Assembly: GCF_036323395.1 (NCBI RefSeq)
Contig: NZ_AP028907.1
Coordinates: 600,001-632,000, forward strand
Source of the DNA: Pyrodictium abyssi
GTDB taxonomy: Archaea; Thermoproteota; Thermoprotei_A; Sulfolobales; Pyrodictiaceae
Length of the DNA: 32,000 nucleotides
Direction: 5' to 3'
Every line of letters begins with the position of its first letter. Within the stretch, counting starts at the first letter, position 1. Below are positions 9,380 to 17,682 of this stretch, piece after piece. The notes under the pieces were generated by a model. It worked only from the letters and a program-made list of their open reading frames with translations. It was not told the origin of the DNA and did not search any database. The translations under genes and the position numbers were made by a program.

Positions 9380-12340
9380 GTGCTGAAGGGAGGGTATGAC
9401 CCCCTCAAGGTCGAGGAGTGGGTTCTCCGCTTCTGGGAGGAGAACAGGGTATACGAGAAGGTGAAGCGGAAGACCTGGGACGAGCGCAGAGACGCCCCGG
9501 TGTTCGCGTTCCTCGAGGGCCCGCCCACCGCTAACGGCTTCATGCACGTCGGCCACGCCCGGGGCAGGACGCTGAAGGACGTGAAGCTCCGCTACGCCCG
9601 GATGCGGGGCTACCGGGTCTGGGACCAGGCGGGCTGGGACACCCAGGGGCTCCCCGTAGAGCTGGAGGTCGAGAAACGGCTAGGCCTGCGGAGCAAGAAG
9701 GAGATAGAGGAGTACGGCGTCGAACGCTTCGTCGAGGAGTGCCGCAGGCTCGTAGACTACTACATCGAGCACTGGGAGCGGGCGAGCAAGCGGCTAGGCC
9801 TCTGGCTAGACTACCAGCACGCCTACCAGACCCGGGACCCCCGCTACATAGAAGCCGTGTGGGAGTTCGTCAAGCGGGCGCACGAGAAGGGCCTACTCTA
9901 CGAGGGCCGCCGCGTAGTACCCCGGTGCCCGCGCTGCGGCACCGCGCTGAGCAGCCACGAGCTAGCCCAGGGCTACGAGGAGGTCGTCGACCCTAGCGTC
10001 TACTTCAAGCTACCCCTAGAGGGGCTCCAGGACACCTACCTGGTCGCCTGGACCACCACCCCCTGGACGATAATAGCCAACGAGGCCGCCGTCGTCCACC
10101 CCGAGGAGTGGTACGTCTTCGTGGCCGTCGGAGACGAGGTCTGGGTGGTGGCCGAGAAGCGGCTAGAAACCTTCGCCAAGGAGGTCGGGCTAGAGAGGTA
10201 CACCGTGATAGACAGGGTGAAGGGCTCCAGCCTCGTGGGCATGAGGTACCGGCACCCGCTCGCCGAGGAGGTGCCCTACCACCAGCGCCACGAGCCCCCG
10301 TACCACACCGTGCTGCCCGCGGACTGGGTATCCATGGAGGACGGTACCGGGATAGTCCACGCAGCGCCCGCCCACGGCCCCGAGGACTTCGAGCTAGGCC
10401 AGAAGCACGGCCTGGAGGCGTACACGCCGCTACGCGAGGACGGCGTATTCGGCGACGACGCCGGGGCGTTTAAGGGACTCTGGTTCGAGGACGCTAGCAG
10501 GAAGGTAGTGGAGGTGCTGAAGGGGAAGGGGCTGCTCGTCCACGCCAGCACGGTGAAGCACGAGTACCCGTTCTGCTGGCGCTGCGGCACCAGGCTCTTC
10601 TACTACGCGTCGAGGCAGTGGTTCATAAGGCTCACCGACGAGCTGAAGAAGAAGATGGCGGACGAAGTATACTCGATGCGCTGGGCCCCAAGCTGGGCCG
10701 TCAAGAGGATGGGCGACTGGGTGGAGAACGCCCGCGACTGGTGCATAAGCCGTGAGCGCTACTGGGGTACCCCGCTACCCGTCTGGCGGTGCACAGGCTG
10801 CGGCCACACAGTGGTCGTAGGCAGCCTAGAGGAGCTACGCAGGCTAGCCCTGGACCCCGAGAGCGTGCCGGAGGACCCGCACCGCCCGTACATAGACCGG
10901 GTGGAGCTACGCTGCCCCAGCTGCGGCGGCGTGATGAAGCGCGAGCCGTTCGTCGTAGACGTCTGGATGGACAGCGGCGTAGCCCACACCGCTGCGCTCC
11001 AGCAGTACGGCTGGCTCAGCCTGTGGGACCGGCTATACCCCTACACCTGGATAACCGAGGCCGCCGACCAGACAAGGGGCTGGTTCTACACGCTGCTCGT
11101 GACCGGCGTAGTCTGGCACGGCCGGGCGCCCTACCGTAGCGTGCTGCTCCAGGGCCACGTGCTCGACAAGCACGGCAAGAAGATGAGCAAGAGCAAGGGC
11201 AACGTGATATGGGCTATGGACTGGATGGAGAAGAACGGAGCCGACCCGATGAGGATATTCCTGCTGAGCCGCGCGCCCTGGGACAGCATAAACTTCGACC
11301 CGGACGAGGTGAAGCGGTACCAGGGCTACCTCAACATACTCTGGAACACCGTCAAGTTCGCCGACACCTACATGGAGCTAGACCAGTGGAAGCCTAAGCC
11401 GCCCTCAGAGGCCCGGCTCCAGGCCGAGGACCGGTGGATGCTCTACAAGCTAAGCGAGGCGCTGCGCAGAGTCGAGGAGGCCATAGAGAGCGACAACATG
11501 CACCAGGCCGTCCAGGCCCTAGTGGACCTGGTCGTGGAGCAGCTGAGCCACCGCTACATACCCCTGATAAGGCCCAGGGTCTGGGAGGAGGAGGCCACCG
11601 AGAGCAAGGACGCGGCCTACGCCACCCTCTACTACGTGCTGAAGGCAGCGCTAGCCGCGATGGCCCCGGTGACGCCGTTCCTAGCAGAGTACCTCTACCA
11701 GGCCTTCATACGGAAGTACGAGCCCGAGGCCCCCGAGAGCGTGCACATGCTCCAGTGGCCCAGCGTGCCCCGGGAGCTGCTAGACGAGGAGAGCTACCGC
11801 GCCGTAGAGGAGGCGCTAGACGCCGCAGAGAAGGTGCTGGCCCTGCGCAGCGAGCGCCGGCTCAAGAGGCGCTGGCCTCTCCGCCGCGCAGCCGTGGCCG
11901 CGAAGCCCGGGACGATGCTCAGCGCTAGCCGGCTCCGGGAGGCCGCCGAGGTGCTCGCCAAGTTCGCGAACATCAAGGCCGTGGAGGTCGTGGAGGGGGA
12001 GCCCGAGTGGGCGGCTGGCGCCGAGAAGCTGGAGACAGACAGCATGGTAGTCTACGTTGACATGGAGCTGGACGAGGAGACCCTACTCGAGGGCCTAGCC
12101 AGGGAGGTCATACGCCGCGCCCAGGTGCTGAGGAAGGAGCTAGACCTACCAGTAGACCACACAGCCAAGAAGCTACTAGTATACGCCACCGGCAGGCTAC
12201 GCAGCGCCGTAGAGCGCTACATGGAGCTCATAGCCCGCGAGGTACGAGTCGAGCAGGTAGAGCTGGCAGCAGAGCCGCCAGCCGGCGGGAAGCGCTGGCG
12301 GATAGAGGGAGAAGAGCTAGTAGTAGCTCTAGAACCCTAG
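9380..12340 (+). CDS. ileS: Isoleucyl-tRNA synthetase
   Basis: 986 aa. PPTANGFMHVGHARGRTLKD (HIGH-type), AWDTQGLPVELEVEK, KKMSKSKGN, and archaeal/eukaryotic-type C-terminus. GTG start. Confidence 0.96.
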   Translation: MLKGGYDPLKVEEWVLRFWEENRVYEKVKRKTWDERRDAPVFAFLEGPPTANGFMHVGHARGRTLKDVKLRYARMRGYRVWDQAGWDTQGLPVELEVEKRLGLRSKKEIEEYGVERFVEECRRLVDYYIEHWERASKRLGLWLDYQHAYQTRDPRYIEAVWEFVKRAHEKGLLYEGRRVVPRCPRCGTALSSHELAQGYEEVVDPSVYFKLPLEGLQDTYLVAWTTTPWTIIANEAAVVHPEEWYVFVAVGDEVWVVAEKRLETFAKEVGLERYTVIDRVKGSSLVGMRYRHPLAEEVPYHQRHEPPYHTVLPADWVSMEDGTGIVHAAPAHGPEDFELGQKHGLEAYTPLREDGVFGDDAGAFKGLWFEDASRKVVEVLKGKGLLVHASTVKHEYPFCWRCGTRLFYYASRQWFIRLTDELKKKMADEVYSMRWAPSWAVKRMGDWVENARDWCISRERYWGTPLPVWRCTGCGHTVVVGSLEELRRLALDPESVPEDPHRPYIDRVELRCPSCGGVMKREPFVVDVWMDSGVAHTAALQQYGWLSLWDRLYPYTWITEAADQTRGWFYTLLVTGVVWHGRAPYRSVLLQGHVLDKHGKKMSKSKGNVIWAMDWMEKNGADPMRIFLLSRAPWDSINFDPDEVKRYQGYLNILWNTVKFADTYMELDQWKPKPPSEARLQAEDRWMLYKLSEALRRVEEAIESDNMHQAVQALVDLVVEQLSHRYIPLIRPRVWEEEATESKDAAYATLYYVLKAALAAMAPVTPFLAEYLYQAFIRKYEPEAPESVHMLQWPSVPRELLDEESYRAVEEALDAAEKVLALRSERRLKRRWPLRRAAVAAKPGTMLSASRLREAAEVLAKFANIKAVEVVEGEPEWAAGAEKLETDSMVVYVDMELDEETLLEGLAREVIRRAQVLRKELDLPVDHTAKKLLVYATGRLRSAVERYMELIAREVRVEQVELAAEPPAGGKRWRIEGEELVVALEP

Positions 12341-12550
12341 CCTCTCCGTCTTTTACCCCTCTCCCGGCTCTTACGCTTCTCTCGCCGAGCACTTTGCGCG
12401 AAGTCCCCACGCTTTTCTACCCATTAGTGCTCTTCAAGGAGACCGGCGCCACGGCACAGATATACCCAGACCATCGCGCTGCAGCCGCATACCTGTCTAG
12501 CCCCTGGAGCCACGGAGGGACATTCTCTGTTCTTCCCGCGCCCCCTGGGG

Positions 12551-13078
12551 CTAGGCGGGCTCCTGCCCTAGCGCCTCTGTACGGACTGGCTTCAGTGTAC
12601 ACCTGTCTAGTATCTCTGGGAGCATTTCTAGGAGGACGCGGGCGCCGGGGGTTAGGGGGAGCTTTAGGGCTTCCCGGTAGGGCACGAACCTGGCCTCCTC
12701 GGCGTCGCTGTCGCCCCGGGGCTCGCCCCGTAGGTACCTCATCAGCACGTCTATTATCACGTAGTGTTCGGGCTCGCCTAGGGGTCCCGGTGCTACCAGC
12801 TCGTGGATGTGTACTACGCCTAGGGGCTCGGCCTCGACCCCGGTCTCCTCTAGGAGCTCGCGCCGCGCTGCCTCTAGGACGGGTTCGCCGGGCTCTAGGT
12901 GGCCGCCGGGCAGGCTCCAGAGGCCGCGGAAGGGCGGGTACCGGCGCCTGACCAGCAGTATCTCTAGCCCGTCGCCGCTCCCGCGCGGCACTATCGCGCC
13001 CACGCCTACGACGGGGCCGCGGAGCCGCCTGTGCTGGCTAGCCACACCCAGTGGCACCAGTGTGGGCCTATAGGGCAC
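12551..13078 (-). CDS. NUDIX hydrolase
   Basis: GGHLEPGEPVLEAARRELLEETGVEAEPLG matches the Nudix box GX5EX7REUXEEXGU. In-frame GTG at 13078 gives a more plausible start than the track's 13369. Confidence 0.85.
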   Translation of the reverse strand: MPYRPTLVPLGVASQHRRLRGPVVGVGAIVPRGSGDGLEILLVRRRYPPFRGLWSLPGGHLEPGEPVLEAARRELLEETGVEAEPLGVVHIHELVAPGPLGEPEHYVIIDVLMRYLRGEPRGDSDAEEARFVPYREALKLPLTPGARVLLEMLPEILDRCTLKPVRTEALGQEPA

Positions 13079-13113
13079 GGCGCCTAGATATAGGGCGCGG
13101 GGCCGCCGGCGGC

Positions 13114-13443
13114 TTACTCCTCTAGGGGCTCGGCGCCCAGGATCTCCTCGGCTATCTCGTCGACCTCGCTGCCCTGGGCCTCGCGGAACCTCTTGGAGAG
13201 CAGCTCCCCTGCTTCCCTGCAAGCCTTCTCTATCTTCTCGAAGGGGATGTATATCAGCTCGCCGTCGCTCGTCTCGAGGAAGACCGCGAAGCGCTTGCGT
13301 GGATAGTCCACCGCCACGTGTAGGCATGGCGGCTCGCGGCACTCGTACCCGGTCAAGGCCTCCCCGCACCCCAGGGGCTCGGAGTGGGAGCCAAGAGAGG
13401 GGTTAAGAGGCTTTACCCCTTCACGGCATTTGACACACGTCAT
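13114..13443 (-). CDS. Small conserved-looking hypothetical protein
   Basis: MTCVKCREG...HVAVDYPRKRFAVFLETSDGELIYIPFEKIEKACREAGELLSKRFREAQGSEVDEIAEEILGAEPLEE. Charged, helix-forming and protein-like, immediately upstream of the NUDIX gene on the same strand. True start may be internal. Confidence 0.5.
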   Translation of the reverse strand: MTCVKCREGVKPLNPSLGSHSEPLGCGEALTGYECREPPCLHVAVDYPRKRFAVFLETSDGELIYIPFEKIEKACREAGELLSKRFREAQGSEVDEIAEEILGAEPLEE

Positions 13444-13555
13444 GATCATCCAGGTAGTGTAAACACGCTCTCGGAGACAATAAGCCCCGGCCGGCCATCT
13501 ATGCCCTCTATAATAAGCCCCGGCGCCGTAGAGGCCGGGAAACACGGGACAGCCC

Positions 13556-14464
13556 TTGCCGCTGCTAAGCGTACGCGTGGCCGGGCTAGAGCTAGAGCAC
13601 CCGGTGATGAACGCTAGCGGGGTCCTCGGCTCCAGCCCCGAGGCCCTCGAGAGGCTCGCCCGCGCAGGCGCCTCAGCCCTGGTGACCAAGTCGTTCACCC
13701 GGGAGCCCCGCGCGGGCTACACCACGCCGATAGCCGTGCCCCTGCCCCACGGCCTGCTCAACGCCGTGGGCCTATCCAACCCGGGGCTCGAGGGCCTAAG
13801 GGGCCTCGTCCAGGCAGCCCGGGGGCTCGGCAAGCCGGTGATAGTGAGCATAGCCGGCTCGACGCCCCGGGAGTTCGCCGAGCTAGCAGCAGCCGCGGAG
13901 GAGGCCGGTGCGGCCGCCGTGGAGCTGAACCTTAGCTGCCCCCACGCGCGGGGCAGGGGCCTAGAGCTCGGCATGGACCCCGCCACGGTGGGCGAGATAG
14001 TCGAGGCCGTAGCCTCCACGGTCAGGGTGCCGGTGCTGGCCAAGCTGGGGCTGGTTGACCGCCTAGTGGAGGCCGCGGGCAGGGCCCTCGGGGCTGGCGC
14101 CCGGGGCTTGGTGCTCATTAACACGCTCCGCGCCATGGCTATAGACGTCTACGCTATGAGGCCCGTGCTCGGCAACAGGGTAGGCGGCCTCTCCGGGCCC
14201 GCGATACACCCGGTAGCGGTGCGCGCCGTCTACGAGGTCTACCGGGAACACGGCTGCGACATAGTAGGCGTCGGCGGCGTCGAAGACTGGCGCACCGCGG
14301 CCGAGCTGATACTGGCCGGGGCGCGGGCAGTCCAGGTGGGCACAGCCATAGTCACCCGGGGCGAGCACGTGATAGGGGAGATAGTCGAGGGCCTCAAAGG
14401 CTACCTAGCCGAGGTCGGCGCAAAGACCATAGAGGAGCTAGTAGGAGCAGCCCACCGGCATTGA
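13556..14464 (+). CDS. pyrD: Dihydroorotate dehydrogenase catalytic subunit
   Basis: NASGVLGSSPE, TKSFTREPRAGYTTP, NAVGLSNPG, ELNLSCPHARG, GLVLINTLRAMAID, GGLSGPAIHPVAVR, GVGGVEDWRTAAELILAGARAVQVGTA. TTG start. Confidence 0.93.
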   Translation: MPLLSVRVAGLELEHPVMNASGVLGSSPEALERLARAGASALVTKSFTREPRAGYTTPIAVPLPHGLLNAVGLSNPGLEGLRGLVQAARGLGKPVIVSIAGSTPREFAELAAAAEEAGAAAVELNLSCPHARGRGLELGMDPATVGEIVEAVASTVRVPVLAKLGLVDRLVEAAGRALGAGARGLVLINTLRAMAIDVYAMRPVLGNRVGGLSGPAIHPVAVRAVYEVYREHGCDIVGVGGVEDWRTAAELILAGARAVQVGTAIVTRGEHVIGEIVEGLKGYLAEVGAKTIEELVGAAHRH

Positions 14465-14496
14465 CGCTAGAGCCGCCGCTAGCTTGAGAAGCACGT

Positions 14497-15036
14497 TCAC
14501 TCGGTGCCCAGCCCGCCCCAGTAGCCATAGACGCCGCCGGGGCTTGGGCTCCCAGCCCTCCGCCTCGCCTGCCCCCTGATGCTCCTCGCGCCCAGCGCTA
14601 TGGCGGAGGAGTAGAGCACCGAGACCAGCGAGTAGACGTAGAACCCCGCAGCACCGCCGCCGGCAGCCACAGCGCCCACCGCCAGGACTATGGCTACGAG
14701 CCATAGGACCACCCCTACCCTCACCAGGGCCCCGCCGGGCTCGCCGCCTAGCCTCCAGAGCGCCCAGAGCAGCATAGCAGCCGCCACAACGCCCAGCAGG
14801 ACACCCACCACGTAGAAGACGGCAGCCAGGGGCACCAGGTCCAGGGACCCCGAGGCGAGCACAGCGAGCGAGACAGCAACCCCGGCAACGAGGGACAACA
14901 CGCCAAGCAGAGCAGCTACGGCGCCGTACACCCCCACGCGGTACCCTTCGTCGTACCTCCTCAGCGCGCTAAACCCCCGGTAGAGGAAGTAGATGGAGAC
15001 AAACGCTGCAGCCAAGGGCACAGCCACGGTGAGCAC
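14497..15036 (-). CDS. Multipass membrane protein, possibly DUF973-like
   Basis: About five hydrophobic segments with a terminal SAIALGARSIRG. The first codons after the upstream TAG are already in a transmembrane segment (PGFLLWIVLTVAVPLAAAFVSIYFLY), so the N-terminus may be incomplete or mis-called. Confidence 0.5.
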   Translation of the reverse strand: MLTVAVPLAAAFVSIYFLYRGFSALRRYDEGYRVGVYGAVAALLGVLSLVAGVAVSLAVLASGSLDLVPLAAVFYVVGVLLGVVAAAMLLWALWRLGGEPGGALVRVGVVLWLVAIVLAVGAVAAGGGAAGFYVYSLVSVLYSSAIALGARSIRGQARRRAGSPSPGGVYGYWGGLGTE

Positions 15037-15490
15037 AATCCACAGCAGGAAACCGGGCTAGCATACCCACGAGCCGCTACGAACGCCTCAGCCACGATAG
15101 GGTGGGGAGGCGGCGCCGCCAGGCCCAGGAGACTCGCCGTAGCGCTCACCAGGTAGGCCCGGTAAACATAGCCGGCACCAGCCACAAGCCCCTCCAAGCC
15201 ACCAGCCCCACCAGCAACACACCCCGCAACAGCTACATAGAGACAACCAACAACCCACAGCTATAAACACCCACCCCAATATATCCAACACCATTCTTTC
15301 CCACCACGTGTTTGCCCAGCCGGCGCTCCGTTCCGGAACCTTTCAGCTCCACATTCAAGTCCATGGGAACACACAATAGCTGGAGTTGAAAGCCGCCGTG
15401 AGAACACACCCAGCCCTAATAAGTCTTCATGGGAACAGGGCTCATGGAGACGCCGTGTCCGATCACCGCGGAATTGAGACTGTTCCCAAG

Positions 15491-15510
15491 GACAAGAAAA
15501 GCATAAATAT
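15491..15510 (+). promoter_or_regulatory. Candidate BRE/TATA of the CRISPR leader
   Basis: GACAAGAAAAGCATAAATAT: purine-rich BRE-like stretch followed by an ATAAATAT TATA-like box, about 70 nt upstream of repeat 1. Confidence 0.45.
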
Positions 15511-15578
15511 CGGACAAGTAGGCAGATATAGACCGGATGTGTAGAATCCCCAATAGGGAACCATGCATTCCACATAGC

Positions 15579-16708
15579 GAATAACTCAATAGAGAATTGT
15601 AAGATCGGGGAGTTACCGGCACCAGTCATCAAGGTCCCATATTCGGAATAACTCAATAGAGAATTGTAAGCTCTCCCTGGCTCTGGCGGCAGGCGTTTAG
15701 CCTTTGTGCCATTTGAATAACTCAATAGAGAATTGTAAGCTATACTAGAAGCCACGGGGTCGGCTGCTCCCACTCGGAGTCGGAATAACTCAATAGAGAA
15801 TTGTAAGTCGACTGTGACTACGACTATGTGCTTGCCTGCGGGGAAGTTGTGAATAACTCAATAGAGAATTGTAAGTGGTCTATGTTGTTACGAGCGATGA
15901 CCGGGGGAACCGTGAATAACTCAATAGAGAATTGTAAGGCCCTGTTGCTCCACCTCTCCGCGAGCCCCATCCTCTCCATGCTTACAATTGAATAACTCAA
16001 TAGAGAATTGTAAGAGGCCTTGTATCGGCATCCTCACGACCATGCTATCACCTCTTCCTCAGGAATAACTCAATAGAGAATTGTAAGCTTGATGAAGTCG
16101 TGGACCTGCTCGCCTGTCAGCACAGTGCACTGAATAACTCAATAGAGAATTGTAAGCTCTCTCGGGCCCGTCCTGCCCGCGTATCGTAGTCCCGTGGATA
16201 ACGAGGAGAATAACTCAATAGAGAATTGTAAGTCACGTATATAGTGCTGAGGTCCTGGACAAATGTCTGTATCAGAATAACTCAATAGAGAATTGTAAGT
16301 TACCCTGTAGAGCCCGCGGCCCACCTTCTCGAAGACGCCGCGAATAACTCAATAGAGAATTGTAAGGCTGATTCTCCGTGCTAGCCGCAGGCGGCGCCGC
16401 CTAAAGGAGAGAATAACTCAATAGAGAATTGTAAGGCTGGTACTGGGCGAAGCGGGACGCGGCGTCCCTCAGCGCCTTGGAATAACTCAATAGAGAATTG
16501 TAAGTAAGGAACCACGTCAAACGCCTCCTCGAGGAAGGCACACCGCCCTGGAATAACTCAATAGAGAATTGTAAGACAAGCATCGTAGCCGTCAGCATGG
16601 GGTCGCTCGTCCTACTAAGAATAACTCAATAGAGAATTGTAAGGACGGTGAGTAGGATGGGGCCGTTACGGACGCGAGGGCCATCCATAGCTCGGTGGAA
16701 ATTGTAGG
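15579..16708 (+). CRISPR. CRISPR array: 16 identical 25-nt repeats GAATAACTCAATAGAGAATTGTAAG plus one degenerate terminal repeat, 16 spacers of 38-51 nt
   Basis: Repeats start at 15579, 15646, 15715, 15783, 15851, 15914, 15990, 16063, 16132, 16208, 16275, 16342, 16411, 16480, 16551 and 16619. Degenerate terminal repeat at about 16685-16708 (CCATAGCTCGGTGGAAATTGTAGG). Orientation is inferred from the ATTG(T/A)AAG-type 3' end, the degenerate distal repeat, and the TATA-bearing leader on the left. Confidence 0.98.
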
Positions 16709-16799
16709 ACGGGAGAGTGCTGCTCCGTGTACACGTCTGTGCCGGAAGCTTATCGTGGGTGATGGCCGGCGTGTATGCGCAGCGTGGCTTAGTGTGGTG

Positions 16800-17372
16800 C
16801 TAGGCCTCGGGTGTGCTGGCTGCGTGGTTTTCGAGGAGTAGCTCGAGGTAGGATTTGTAGACTCGTTCCCGGGTGGCTACGCCGAGCTTCTCCAGGGCCT
16901 CCTCTATAGCCTTTGACGCCTCTTCTGGGCCGCCGGGGCCCCGGTACTCTGCCTCGAGGAAGCAGCCGAGGCCCTCCACGCGGTCGAGCGAGACAGCCAC
17001 GTCGCCGAGCCGGTAGTAGATGCGGTGCTTCCTCACCGTCGCGGCGGGGCGGAACCCGAGGGCCTCGAGGATGCGCGCCGCCTCCCCGGGGTCGGCGACC
17101 GCGGTGGTGTACTCTGCGCGGGCCTTAGAGCCGCCGATTATCCTCTTGGGCCCCTTGTAGGTCATCTCGGCCCTACCGCCGACGATGCGGAGCCTAAGCG
17201 CCTCGTCGGTCTCCGCGAAGTCGCGGCACGGGTGCCGGAAGTACGTGTCCTCCTCCACAACCTCCCCCTCGAGCCAGGCGCCCAGCTCCTCTAGCCGCCT
17301 GCGGACCCTCTCTAGCTCCCGGCAACTGGCTAGCCGGAGCTTAGCCTCGACCTCTACGCCTCCCCCGGCCAT
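16800..17372 (-). CDS. CYTH domain / CyaB-like class IV adenylate cyclase or triphosphatase family protein
   Basis: VEVEAKLRL (ExExK motif), LRLRIVGGRAEMTYKGPK, HRIYYRLGDVAVSLDRVEGLGCFLEAE. Start placed at the internal Met (MAGGGVEVEAKL) rather than 17456. Confidence 0.85.
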   Translation of the reverse strand: MAGGGVEVEAKLRLASCRELERVRRRLEELGAWLEGEVVEEDTYFRHPCRDFAETDEALRLRIVGGRAEMTYKGPKRIIGGSKARAEYTTAVADPGEAARILEALGFRPAATVRKHRIYYRLGDVAVSLDRVEGLGCFLEAEYRGPGGPEEASKAIEEALEKLGVATRERVYKSYLELLLENHAASTPEA

Positions 17373-17514
17373 GCCTCGTCCCTGCCCAGGAGCGGCCCAT
17401 GAGTTGTGGCAAATAGCTCCTGCCCAGCGCCTGGGCCCCGTGCCCGCTGCATCCACACATCTGCATGGCGGGCGCCACGCCGCCGAGGCCCTGGCCCCCG
17501 GGGGCTCTGTGTAA

Positions 17515-17542
17515 CCGTGGTTATATAGCCGCGGTTATATAG
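17515..17542. repeat. 14-nt tandem duplication of a TATA-like element
   Basis: CCGTGGTTATATAG | CCGCGGTTATATAG, 13/14 identical, in the divergent intergenic region between the CYTH gene and sucC. Confidence 0.7.
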
Positions 17543-17682
17543 TGGATGTTACGTGGTGTACCCCGGGGCACCAGGCGGAGCTGCTTGCCCACTATCAACG
17601 GGGCTCGATTATTATAGATTCCACCGGCCCTTTCCTCCTGGGGGCTAGCTGCCTCCCCCTCGTCCCCTCTGGTGTATGGGTA

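Noticed and set aside
12394-12951. Plus-strand ORF starting MREVPTLFYPLVLFKETGATAQIYP
   Set aside because: The first ~70 aa look somewhat protein-like, but the rest is Arg/Gly/Pro-rich and antisense to the clear Nudix box. I cannot support it as a gene.
15088-15294. 68-aa Cys/Trp-rich minus-strand ORF (MVLDILGWVFIAVGCWLSLCSCCGVCCWWGWW...) between the membrane protein and the CRISPR leader
   Set aside because: Hydrophobic and odd, but compositionally driven by GGTGGTGG-type tracts. No ribosome site or family recognised. Could be noncoding.
15261-16598. Track ORFs containing repeated YNSLLSYS (15261-15773, 15416-15622, 16139-16324, 16401-16598)
   Set aside because: Translation artefacts of the CRISPR repeats, not a tandem-repeat protein.
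17494-17505. GCCCCCGGGGGC perfect palindrome and similar CCCCCGGGGG tracts at 251-260 and near 26944
   Set aside because: Expected occasionally by chance in this GC-rich genome. Without a loop they are weak RNA structures, and no shared flank was seen beyond the hairpins reported above.
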